Source: Adineta vaga (taxonomy: Eukaryota > Animalia > Rotifera). Taken from it: a DNA stretch of 64,000 bases. Below, one piece after another: positions 26,801-39,090 of this stretch. Position 1 is the first letter of the stretch; each line of letters begins with the position of its first letter. A program made the translations under genes and the position numbers. Location of the stretch: NCBI GenBank assembly GCA_021613535.1, contig CP075492.1:3472001-3536000 (forward strand), read 5' to 3'. Below the pieces are notes generated by a model, which was given only the letters and a program-made list of their open reading frames with translations, was not told the origin of the DNA and made no database searches.

Positions 26801-27271
26801 ATTAATAATAAGTGGCGAAAGAATTGTTGCTGAAATTGATCCAGTACGAGATAATTCTAATTTAGCTCGTAAATGAAAACTATCATTTTTAATATCTTCT
26901 ATATTAATCGATCGAAAAGATACTTCAGCTTTCTCAATCGATGAACGAACAATAGATGGAACAATCGCATAAAGTACAATTATACTACCAAGAAGGATCA
27001 CAAGTAAACAAATAGCAATACATAAAAGAATAAATACTTTTCGAACCATTCGAAAACCTTTAAAACGACCACACATTGTGCAGAGTATTATTTGTTTCGG
27101 TGCTGATTCGATTGGTTTATCGAGACATAATTGTTCTTTGTCAACAGGTTTCTTGAATCTAGTTTTTACATAAACTTCTTCATAATCTCCAGTGGAATCA
27201 TCCACAGATCGACGAGGTGTTTTAATATACGTTACAGAATGATCAGAAGAATCACACTCTTTTTCACTCAT
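23849..27271 (-). CDS. Large (~1100 aa) type II membrane protein with tandem DUF3712/LEA_2(WHy)-like beta-sandwich repeats
   Basis: Three ORF blocks joined by two short introns (~26370-26423 and ~25357-25411). N-terminal TM; repeated motifs IDNPSIFNIDLG, MTNPSVV, LKNPF, F.K.V.L.GL.GL. Confidence 0.7.
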
Positions 27272-27914
27272 TATTGTATGTATAGATAACCGAAAAAGAA
27301 ACAAAAACTAGAGACAATATCAAAGCTGTTTTTATACTCAGTCTTACAGCTTTCTAGAGAAATATTTGAATATTTATAAACTCTTAGTTTTTTTTTTGTG
27401 TCTCATTTTATCAGTCTTAGATAAAGAATAGAAAGAACAAAACATCAATTCTAAAGATATCATTACATTTTGAAATCTACTTCAAATGTAAATAGTATCA
27501 ACAATCATCTGTCCTTTGTAGGTTCGCGAGTTTATATTTAAAATGTCGCTAAATCAAATCCTTCAGAAAGACATGCAACATTAAACTATAGTAAAAAAAA
27601 TTAAAAACGAAAATATCGATAGAAAAAAAAACAATGGATGTGATGACTAACAGATAGATAAATCATTCGTTGTAATTGAATGTAAAGATTTCTTCATACA
27701 AATGAGAATGGATACAGTTTTATGATATACATGAAAAAGTCAGTTCATCTATAATATCAACACTTGTTAGAACTTGCGGAATAAGATGGACAATAGAAGA
27801 AATGTTTACACTCACACCCACACTCTCAAGAATCAGTAGAAGTATGCACCTGTTGTATTTATTACGCTGGTTTTTTTTCTAGATTAACATAAAACAAAGG
27901 AAAAAGAAAATTCT

Positions 27915-29914
27915 TTAGATACGAACAAAACTGTCATTCGTTCGCTGGTAGACGTGATGACCAATATTAATGGTCTCTCCAACGGCAATGCCCGACAAGT
28001 TTATTATGTCTTGTTCGATTGTATGAAGTGATCCTCCCGTCTCAGCGGCAATACTGAGTAATGCAGGATTAACGCCTGCCGTTGAGTGTACTTGACAGGG
28101 AACGACCTTGATGGGTCGACCAACGCGGGAAAGAAGAATCATATCTCGTGGAGTGGCTTCATTGTCTGCAATATGAATGACATTTTGACATGTGGGACAC
28201 TGTTCAATACCGTACAACAATGCTTCCACGTCATTCTCAGGATCATCTCCTCCACCACCCATGTTCATGGCATGTTGCATGACAGCGTGAACAACAGATA
28301 AATTCGTCGAATTGGTCGCGTAGATACCACCCGTTGAACCAATTACTTTATCGGGTTGATTTTTTGAATCGCCATCGTTGAAAAAGACGTAGGTCTTAAT
28401 GTTCAGTTTTCTCTCGTGTGCCAAAGATATCCACTGCATTACGGCTGATGCACATGGACTCATGGAACCGGTGACATCAATCACAGCTAATACATATGTC
28501 CAGTTGTTTCGAGTGAACACCTCTGTGATTGTTCTCTCGTCATTCGGTCTTTCACACATCTCACCTGTGTAGGCGTCTGGACAAAGGCATCTAAAACTAC
28601 TTGCACCTTCCAATCGACATGTACCCTATATGGAAGGGAAAGGTGAAGGGAAAGATTCTAAGATAAACTTACTCCATTCATGCAGCGTGTACCGTTCAAG
28701 CATACATCATTTTCTGTTGTTATCGACGTTGACACAGTAGATGTGGTTTCTAATAGGAAATAAAATGACAATGCATAACAATCAGGAATGTGAAAATTAG
28801 CAGATTACATTAACAAGCATTTAAACAACAGACATTGGATAATAAAGTAATTTAGAATCCTCAATAAAACTTTCAGAAACTTTTCAAGCATTTTGGAACT
28901 ACAGTGACAGCAGCACTTTTCAGACAAAGGCCATAGCTGTGCGACCAGAGCGTGAAACGTCCCTCAGAAGTATACGTTCATGGGGTGTATGCAAATCTTT
29001 CGAAAATCCATAGGTATAGAGCATTGTGACCCTAGACATCTCATCGAAGTCTGTTCGCAATTTTGAAGCTAAAAGAAACTTCTATCAGGTTAATTCCAAT
29101 AGCATAACATTTTTGTTAAGGCAAAGGAAAGAGATCTGTCTGCGCACTTTCACCGTTTATTGGGATCATGAAATACGAGAAAATAAATGTGTCTGTCTCT
29201 GGATTGATTAACTTCCGCAGATCCTTTTCAGTGTTTGCTTGTTTTCAGTCGTTTTAATTAATGTGTATCTAAGAGAGATTTTCAGTGCTATTAGATTGAA
29301 TTTTCGAATGTTGAAGGATCGTAATCGAGCAATTTACTTCAAGGTATTCAACTAGAAAAACTGATCTTTCATTTAGGAAACTTTAAAAACCTGAGACTCA
29401 ATGAAACCAACGGTAAACTAATATTTTGCAATGCACATTAATATGACCTACCTGCAGCCTGTGCACAAGCGAGTCTGATCTCATTTCTCGCGCAGTATGT
29501 TCCAGGACGGCATCGTGTACAACTGATTGATGCTTTTCGTGGAGTATAACTGCCACTTTTACACACTTTGCAACATGTTTGAGCCGGATCGGGACTGTAA
29601 GTTCCCATGGGGCATGGCTCAGGATCGACGTTGGGCGCAATGCACATATACCCTGGTTCACATCGTTCACAGTAGGTGGCTGCTTCGTCCCATGTGTAAT
29701 ATCCTTTCGGGCATTTGATGCACTCCACTGCCTCAGCACTACTCCATGTACCACGTGGGCATGCCTGGGGCAGTTCATAATCATCATCTCCAGTAAATGA
29801 GCGGCGCATGGATTTGGCACAAAAGAAACCTGCCGGACATTTTTGAAGTTTCAAACTGGAGACCCCAAGAGCAAGGTAAAACGTAAGGAAGACCAGAAAT
29901 ACTGTAGCTGCCAT
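27915..29914 (-). CDS. Secreted chimeric protein: GCC2/GCC3 (TNFR/ephrin-receptor-like) Cys repeats + Thr linker + EGF + bacterial-type vWA-like domain
   Basis: Exon 1 29914-29452 (signal peptide, CPxGxY repeats); phase-1 intron 29451-28750; exon 2 (ETTSTVST...VCLNGTRCMNG); phase-0 intron; exon 3 (GTCRL...CLCPDAYTGEMCE, then DVTGSM, FFNDGD, GGGDDPENDVEAL, IADN, TGGSLHT). Confidence 0.7.
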
Positions 29915-31759
29915 TTGTTGATTTCTTTTTTTGTTACTTGCTCGTCAGATGTTGTGCATGATCTCGTATTTAAATGGATACAAGTAATATGATCTTGAGT
30001 AAAGCTCGGATCTTATATCCGAGTGATATTTGTATATATCATCACTGAAATCGTTGATTATGTCTCATTTTATATTTATTTTTGTCAAAAACAGGATAAC
30101 GATGCGATTATCATCTTTATGAAACTTGATACAATGTATATTTACAAAGGATATTTCAATGTTGATAATTACCTTATACGTGAGAGAATACTTATTCTGT
30201 TTTTCAACATGACAATTGAGTTCCTATGTAATTTAACAAGAAGACAAGCACATCTGAGACATGCCACAACATTCAAAAGTATCAGCGGAGACACTAGTTG
30301 ACTATTGTAAAAAGTATGTTAAGATTATAAAGGGTGTGGGTATGGCGTTTTATAATCATGCCTCATCTGCACCCTACCTGAGCAAAAGGTACAATTTAGG
30401 AAAGCTCAAAGGATCAATGAGTGTTGAATTTTCGCAGCTAAAAAGTTAGACTACTTAGGTTGAAACAGACGCTTCCGTCTCTCGCGATCGGTATAATGGA
30501 CAAGATAGAGTAGGTGTTAATATGTCTGTTATTAACTCTTCTCATTATACGCACCGTAGCACATAGCAAATAACATCTGCTTTTCATCATGGATTAAATT
30601 TCAGAGATAATATTTAATTTGAACTGCAAGTAGAAGTGTCTACGTATTTTTAAAATCTTTTATGGTTGTATTTTGTTAAAAGTTCATGGAAAAACTTGCT
30701 TCATGATTAGCATTCCTCAGTTATTTTTGTGTAGTGGCTAGATTGTATATGTTTTATGTTGAAATACTCAATAGAACCACTTCTATTATCGAATTATGCC
30801 CGCATTAAAAAATATAGGGACACACAGAAAAAAAGTCATGCATCAGTTCTATAACATAAAAAAGATGACACCATTGCTTATACCATCACAAAGAAATGTT
30901 TGCTTCCGACAGCCACTATACATCGAAATTCTTACAAAGATTCCTTTATATCTTTAGCAATATGTGGCCACTGTTCTTTGTGTTAAATATTTTGATTTTC
31001 TTTAAAAAATCTTGGAGAAAAAATGTTTGTGTATTTCACTTTGTCATCTGTCTTTTTAATAATTTCAATGTTCTCATTCTTGCATCTGTTGATCGTTAAT
31101 TAATTTCTTCTCAAAATGATGGCACACGTTTGTATCACTCAAACGTTTAAGTTTATTTTTCTTTCAGTATAAGTGCATTTGTATGGAGTGTCTTTTCTCT
31201 TCTCATACTTATCGAGGTTAATACATGTTCAAGAAAGACATAATGAACAACAATTATGTGTAATGCTTGCAATTCAAGTCTTAACAGCAGCATTAATATC
31301 AGCTCCTTATTCAATTTGATTTATTTATCGCTCTCTGCTGTTACTATTTATAAATATATCACATCATCGAATGCACTACTTATACTTTATCTTGTTCGTC
31401 AATTGTGTTATTCGATTTTACATGTAGACTTTAACAAGTCGAAAATTTCGTGAAGAATTTAAATATTGTATTTAATATGGAATGAATTTTATTGTGAAAA
31501 AATTTCATTTAGAACATTATTTACCAATGAGAATTCAACAGATTTTATTATTATATGGAAATGATTAACTTTCTCTATATGAAAGTTCTTTTTCCTTTTG
31601 AATTGCTGTTGCTGTTTTTGTCAATCAAAAAATAAAGAAAAATACAACTGATTTTATGATACGACCTTTATTGCGCACATTGTGTCGATATTTGCTCTTT
31701 TCAAAAAAAGGAATAAACTAATCATACACTTTGTTTTATTTTTTTGTGGAAATCAAATG

Positions 31760-32711
31760 ATTAATCATTCTTCCATCGTCACAACAAGGTAGTAATGAAT
31801 TTAATGATATTGCTGATAGTCGTAGTTCTTTCGAAAATCTCACATTACATATTCAAGCCAATAATATAGTATCAATTACAATATGTGAAGTAGGTAACGG
31901 GTATCCGGCTGTAATTATTGGTCATTATGTGGCACGTGGCACTGATCTCGATTATTCACACTTATTAGTTCATCGAATTGTAGTTGCTGCTGGTGAACAA
32001 CAATATCAGAATGATTCGTCACTAAATAGCTCTCTTGAACGAGTGACGAATGTTACAATACCAGAATATGAACGACTCGTCCATTTATAACATGACTTCT
32101 TCGCATCGAACAGGATGGTATCTCGAACTTCACCCTGCTTATCGTAATAGTGCAGCAAAAGTTTCATTGGATGAAAACTATTGTTTCCAATTCTAGAGCT
32201 TTTGTTAACTCAAATCTTTTTATGAAAAGTTTTTCTGCTTTTTTTCACACTTTGATAGATTTATCATTGGTACAAAATACATCCAATACTCTCATCCTAA
32301 ATTTCACTGTTAATTTCATAAAAGATGTTTATAAAATATGTTAAAAATAGTGACAGTTTGAAATATTAATGAGAAAATATGTAAATTCAATATTATTTAT
32401 ATGAATCTGATTGGTCACAAAAACTTCATACCCTTTAGTTTTATCTTTAAGTATATCATGTAATTCTTCTAATCATGCAATAACTAAAGATATGATTCTA
32501 AAGATTTTTAGTTTATCTGCTCCATATCATCTTCATTTCCTATGCTTCTGTAAGGGGTCTTACTCTTTGGTATTCATTTATTGGTGATCCTGTTGCATTT
32601 AAGGTTTTACCTCGTCAACAATTTGGTTGTATTCAAAGTAACCTTTTTCCAATACATGTTTTATCGCAAAGTGTTCTTAATGAACTACATTTAACAAAAA
32701 CATCGAAGTAA
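31760..32711 (+). other. Two coding-like open segments of unknown identity (possible exons of a decayed gene)
   Basis: ~109-codon open frame LIILPSSQQ...EYERLVHL* at ~31762-32091 without a start codon; a second open frame ...ISYASVRGLTLWYSFIGDP...TKTSK* ends at 32711. Confidence 0.3.
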
Positions 32712-32893
32712 AACATGATTAACATTTTATCATTCCCTTTTCATTTCGTTTATTTGAATAGAGTTATGCAAAAAAGACATAAAGTTGAAACAGAAGAAGG
32801 TAAAGTATACAATGAGTGAGTGTGGATCAGAAGGACAACCACATCCATCCACGCCTTTCTAATTTATTTTACAACGTTTTCCAACAACAACAA

Positions 32894-33994
32894 CTACGAA
32901 ATGTAACATCGCGAGTTTCTCTGATGTTTAGCTTGAGCGCGAGTACGCTCTTCACGTTGACGAGCATTGATTCTTCTGAGCCGATCGACAAGTTCTGCAA
33001 TGATTTCTTCATCATTTTCTCGATTTAAAAGCAATTCTTCAATAGTTTTTGCTTGTGCCTCTGCTTGATCTCTAAGTTTATTGAGTTCTTCATCTTTGGA
33101 GGTGCCTTCATCCTGGCAACGCCAAACTTGACTAATTATCATATCACTAATTGGAAATGGTTCAATATTGCTTGTAAATAATTCAATTAGTTGTGTTCGA
33201 TAATCATTTATTGTGAAGAATTGTTCGTAAAGACTGTCATGACCTCGATTGAAATCATCTCGATTAAGTGAACCAGAGAAGAAGATTCCCAATTGAAAGA
33301 AAGGTGCGATCTCTCTGAAGTAACTATCTTCTAACAATTCTGCACGCATTCTTTCCCGTTGACTTTGATCTTTTGATTCGCATCGTGTAACAATTATACA
33401 AGAGTTTCTCGAAATTTCCTTACCAAGAAAATCAATTAATAGTTTTAATGATGCAATATCTTCTTGATTGATACCATTTGTAATGGTAACACAAAAACCA
33501 ATAACGTGAAATTTCGTTATTTCACGATTTACACAGATACTTATTGTATGTAAAATTGTTTGATTATCTCGAACATCGATTTCCGTAGTTCCATGTTCAA
33601 AAAGACCTGGTGTATCAATTATATTCAGAACAATTCGATTATCATGAACATAAAATGATTCAAATAATGGATCTTTTGTACCAGATTTGAGTATTAAATC
33701 ATCGGCAACAACAGTTGGATCGACAAGCAATGATTTAATTGTTGACTTTCCTGTACGTGTATGTCCAATAAGCATAACATTTCTTTGATCCACTCGGGTT
33801 ACTTGGTATTTTCCATTCTCTTTGTAATCAATTTCAATTTCGTTTTTAATTCTATCACGTTTTTCAGCTGGATCAAAGACTAATTGGCGTTTACGAATTG
33901 ATTTCTAATTTTTTCAAGAAAATAAATAATTGTGTTTGTTGGTGATTAAAAAACAAGTGTAGCATATACATACCTGCATATTTGATTCAGACAT
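32894..33994 (-). CDS. AIG1/GIMAP-like P-loop GTPase with coiled-coil tail and CaaX box
   Basis: Short exon 1 (MSESNMQ) then exon 2: G1 GHTRTGKST, G3 IIDTPG, G4-like VTRCE, coiled-coil; ends RCYIS*. Confidence 0.8.
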
Positions 33995-34539
33995 AGATAG
34001 TACAAACTAAACTTTTCGAATAATAAAAGTATACCTCGTTTCGACAAGAATATTTGTATCCTTCAGTGTAAATGAGTAATAATGTTAAAAGGAAAAATAT
34101 TTCGTAAACGTTTCGTTTTTAAATTACATCATTTGGTAAAAATCCAATAGGTTACATTAAAAGTTGCAGGAATAATAAAAGAAAAATAAGTTTGCCTAGC
34201 TTTTATTAGATAAATAACTCTTAAAGGCAGAGAACAAGACAAATTCTTTGTGTATTATCCAATGAGTAAGAAGAAAAAACAGGAATACCGTTTATTTTCA
34301 ACTTGCACTTCTCTTCTTCGCTTCCTGTATGAGATACGTCGATCCTCTTGAGATTGGATCAGAATTTAGAGAGTTATGAGAGAGAGTAAACAAAATACTC
34401 GCAACCAAAGAGACATGCTCATAATATACCCGAATATCGTTGAGATCGTTGCGATAATGGTTCAGAATTAAACGCATAAAATTCAAAATTAAGATTTTAA
34501 AGAATGCCGTCCAATAGTTTAGTACCAAGAAAATATCGT

Positions 34540-35016
34540 TGAACAACAACTCAGATATTGATTTTTGGTTTTGGGGATTCAGTTTCTGCATCAGGTACTG
34601 TTGGTGGTTATTCCAAATCGTATACAATGGTTGCAGCTAATCTTTTACGATGGTCAGCAAGAAATTGTGCTCGTGATGGAGCTCGTACGACAGCTATCCC
34701 ATGTCAATTAAGTGCAGCTGCATCAATTTTACCCAATGCTACAGATATTGTCTTTACCATAGGTGGAAATGATATGGGTGTCGCTGATTCATTATTATAC
34801 AGCTGTTGCTCAAAAAGCCACTGAATTGAAACCACGATTAATTTCAACATATAAATTAATTCAATCCTCTGCTCTATCAACAACAAAAACTTAGACATTG
34901 CCTTATGTTCATTGTCTACATCCAAAAAATGCTGCACATCCAAATGCAAAAAGTTATGCGAGAATTCGAGACGTTGTTGCAAATTATTTAAAAATACAAT
35001 ACAAGAAAAAGACAAA
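34540..35016 (+). pseudogene. SGNH/GDSL lipase (SEST-like) pseudogene
   Basis: Block I FGDSVSA, block II NCARDGART, block III TIGGNDMG, block V AAHPNAKSY in a separate ORF; internal deletion and stop. Confidence 0.7.
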
Positions 35017-35529
35017 TCGATGCGATTTGTTTGGTTTCGAAATATATTTAGATTTCTTGAGTATTGTCTTAGACGATTTCAGTATACTTTTAATAGTTAT
35101 ATATATACTCCGATAGATTTTATAAATTATTTTTTTTTACTTTTCGGAGCATTCAAGAGAATAGAAAAACATTAACACATCACATATACGATCTGTTTTA
35201 GGAAGTGTGTATTTTGATTTTTTTAGACTTTGAATAACGAAGATTAATATCTGACTTACGAAACAAGATGTAAATGACGATATCAGCAGACACTAGGATG
35301 AAGAGAAGTGTAAAAAGAACTACAAATATTTACTTGAGTGACTAAATAGACTATGATGAGTAACACATGTGACGTCAGTTAAAATGTCTATGGAGAATAC
35401 CGAAAAACAAACTTCAGTGTCTATAAGAGTAAAAAATATATATTTGATATTTGATGATAAAAAGTGAAAGAGAAAGATTAATTTTGAAAAGAAATTATTG
35501 TTCTGCCACGACATAATTTCGAAACGTCA

Positions 35530-36336
35530 AACAAGGCAATACAATTTATATGGATTTTCATTCTGTTATTGATCAATTCAGTCAGATTACAATCTTTCAC
35601 TTGGTCAGCACCTTTCATACAAACTATCGACGTGTACAATGAATCAGCTGTTAATATTAGTTGGCGATATGATACCTCTGAAACAGAACCATCTTTTGTA
35701 CTATTATCAGTAATTCTATATAAATCGAACACAAATAGTGTATATAGTTACAGTCGGTTCATGAATGGAAAAGATCGTTTTAATTATACGTCATTGATGA
35801 TAGTTGATAATAATATTTTGTAAGCCAATGCATATTATCTTGTTGTTCTTGAATACAATACAACGTATAATTATGGAATCAATCGAACATTGACACTTTG
35901 GGGACATAGTAGATTCGAATTGTTCAAAATGGCAACAACACCCATACCTAGCAAACAGAAATCTGTGAAAGTAACATCAAATTCAGCTATTATTTCAACG
36001 ATGTGGCCAAAAGAAATTTCTTGTTTTAAACTGGAAATGAATGCTGAACTAAATAATATGAATACAACTTTACCAATAGAAACTGTATCCAACGAAACAT
36101 ATTGGATAAATAATTATCGATTTGAGAATTTATCTTCAGAAACAAACTATCGTCTAGTTACCACATTTAAATGCAAATATGTCTCAAATGTTGAGTACAG
36201 TACATCAATTGATTACACGGAAAGTATCCGAACTTTAAAACAAGAAGACAAACCTAATTCAGCAAATTTATCTTCGGAACAAAACTTTTGGTTTTTCCTA
36301 TGTAATTTTCTGTTATTTAATTTATTTTTTGTTTAA
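35530..36336 (+). pseudogene. Pseudogene copy of the secreted FN3-like protein at 40465-41274
   Basis: Near-identical to 40465-41274, but has TAA at 35821-35823 (AAA in the paralog) and a damaged start/signal region. Confidence 0.8.
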
Positions 36337-36895
36337 TCGTGTTTTTTTCATCTTAATGTTATATATAAGAAAATATTCTGAATCTTTTGGTTTTTTTGCG
36401 AATACACTCCATGTTTTCATTGAATTTTGAAAACTATTCGATGTTAATTGATTAAAAAATACATTTACGAACTTCTGTCAACGTTCGTCATCGATAATAT
36501 CTATTTGATGATCAACAATTATAGTTAAGATTCTTAAATTTGGTTTTCGTTTTAACAATGATTGAAGACTATCAAAATTAACTTCCGAACGGTCTATGAT
36601 TAATTGTTTCAAATAAACACCATCTGCATGAATAATCACGTAATGCTTGAAGATGCAGATCTCTTACTATATAGGTTCGGGAATTGTTAATGATGTGAGT
36701 GTGAACATTTTTGAATTTAGATTTAGATTAAACACCGAAAAAATTAGTTAAATTTGAAGAACAAAAGAAATACATTACGGGTGGTTTTGTTTGAAAAGCG
36801 TATAAACCAGTGCGGCTTCTTGAGACACGTCAGTTATTTACATCCTAGGAATTTAATTGATGAGTTCAATGTTTCAGTTTGATATACTAAGAATA

Positions 36896-38120
36896 TTATT
36901 TATTTGGTTCTACGATGACCCAATCGAGACCCTTCAGTGTAGAAGCTTTCGATATTGCTTCATTGACTTGATCTAAAGGGAAAGTATGAACTTTGATCTT
37001 GTTTAAGTCGACAACACCACTGGTCACAAGTCTAATAAGATTTCCAAACATTTCTTGACTAAACATCCAACTTCCACGGATATCCAATTGTTTGTGCATC
37101 ACATCCATGTAGCTGATCGGTAAAGGAGAAAATACACTGCCGACGAACACTGCAATTCCATTTCTTCTAAGGGCTTTCAAACAAGCAACTGTTGGTTCAG
37201 ATGTGCTAGTTCCACCAATGGCATCAATAAAGAGATGAGCTCCTTCATTCTTCGGATAATCGATCTCAGCAGCAAGAGCAGCAATCTTTGTTGAATAATC
37301 ATCAATCGAAGAACTGAGAGGAACAATAAAAACTCGTCGAGGATCCTGAGCTTGAAGAGATTTTAGAGTAGCGACATCACGTCCAACAGCAATAACTCGA
37401 GAAGCTCCAAGAGAGAGTACCAAGAGAACGACAGCCGATCCAATAGTACCTGTAGCTCCATTCACGACGACGATTTGTCCACCTTGAAAATCACCACGAA
37501 CGATTGCACCGTAAGAAATGCCAATATACCCAAAGATTCCAAGTTGACCTGTCGAATATTCTGCTAGAAGAGAATCAGGAAGAGGAATGACAGCATTAGA
37601 AGGAACAAGGAACTTTTCGGCTAATGAACCATCCTTATAGATCTTCTGAAGTCGATCGCCGAGTGCACTAGCTGCTGTCCATCCAATCAAAATTGCGTCA
37701 TTTTTAGAATAAGGATCATTTGAAGCAATAAAATTGGGAGCAACAACAAGTTGTCCCTTTGAAATATCATAAACATCATCAGCAATCTCTAAAATTAACC
37801 AAGATGATTTATTTTCACAAATCGCTGATTGACAATTCTATGAACAATTACCTTCAATAATACCTACAGCAGTCGGCCCTGGTGTAGTGGGAAAAGGAGG
37901 AAATTTATATCCTAAACACATCAGTATGATCAAATCAATTCACTGCAGAGAATGAAACTAACTTACCTAATTTGCCACTTAACACATTTTGAGTAAATGA
38001 TGGAATAGGAACTGATATTACTCGAAGGATAACCGATCCAGCAATTAACTTCGGTGTTTCTATAGTTTCAACAGTGAGAGGACAATCGAAAGCATTTAAT
38101 CGAGCTGCTTTCATCGTCAT
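36896..38120 (-). CDS. MDR-superfamily (GroES-like + Rossmann) alcohol dehydrogenase-like oxidoreductase, fungal/bacterial type
   Basis: Three exons: MKAARL...ETPKL...VILRV; FPTTPGPTAVGIIEE; VVVNGATGTIGSA (NAD(P)-binding); IRGSWMF; HTFPLDQVNEAI. Confidence 0.8.
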
Positions 38121-39090
38121 CTCAATTCTCTACTATTCAAAAATGAATCTAAAAAAGAAACAAATCAATTTTATTTGTTGAGATGTCTAAAAAATTGATG
38201 TTCATCCAGCTTACATTGCTTTATTTGACAGTGAGAAATATTCAACGAAAAGATCGATGTTTATCGATGAATTGAACCATTTATTCAAACTAGAACATAT
38301 CTACGGTTATACTACACTGTGCAACGATCGAAAAATAAAGAAGAGAGTAATCCAGAGAAAAGAAAAAATACGTTGTTTTGCTTCAGTGATTCTCCATATC
38401 GATCGAGAGAAAAATATCCACTGATGTTTTACGCAACGACTCAGTGTAAAAGATCGAGACATGTTATGTTTCATAAAAAAATGAAAAGTATCTCGGCTTT
38501 GCTCTGATATAATTTCTTTACCTCAAATTCAGTGTCTTATAGAATTGAATGTTATTCCATCTCAATGTTTTGTTTCCTGTAGAGAGAAGAAAAATGTCAC
38601 ATACAGAGCGAAGAAAAATACTATTTTTTTCTTTTCTTTTTGTTTCATCAAGTAAGCAATAGGGTGTAGAGTGTGGATGTGGGCGTCGTTTTCATATACA
38701 TTTGTAGTAACATCTTCAAACTTTCAATAAAATGTATTCTTTTTCAAGTAGAGAAGATAAAATTACCACGAAATAATCGGAATCAAGGAACTTGAATCTG
38801 ATGCTATTATTTCTAAATTGTATAAATGAATAGTCTGATCATAGTTTGAAAACATGATTTCGACGAGAAAGAGTTAAACCAGTCCTCGCGGATAGTAAAT
38901 AATCATTGATATCAAGACAAAAAACAAAGAATAAATGATTAAAGATCAATTACAATGAACACTTTGCAGATGAATATTATATGATCGACAAATATTCTCA
39001 GTTATTCTAATGCACATAGAATTCATCCGGATAGGTATGCTAAAATTGAGAAGGTATTTGCAAATTATTTGAAATCAAAGTAAAAAATGT

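Noticed and set aside
28900-29060. Hammerhead ribozyme or extra exon in the GC-richer intron segment
   Set aside because: No CUGANGA...GAAA core with closing stems was found, and there is no convincing phase-compatible exon.
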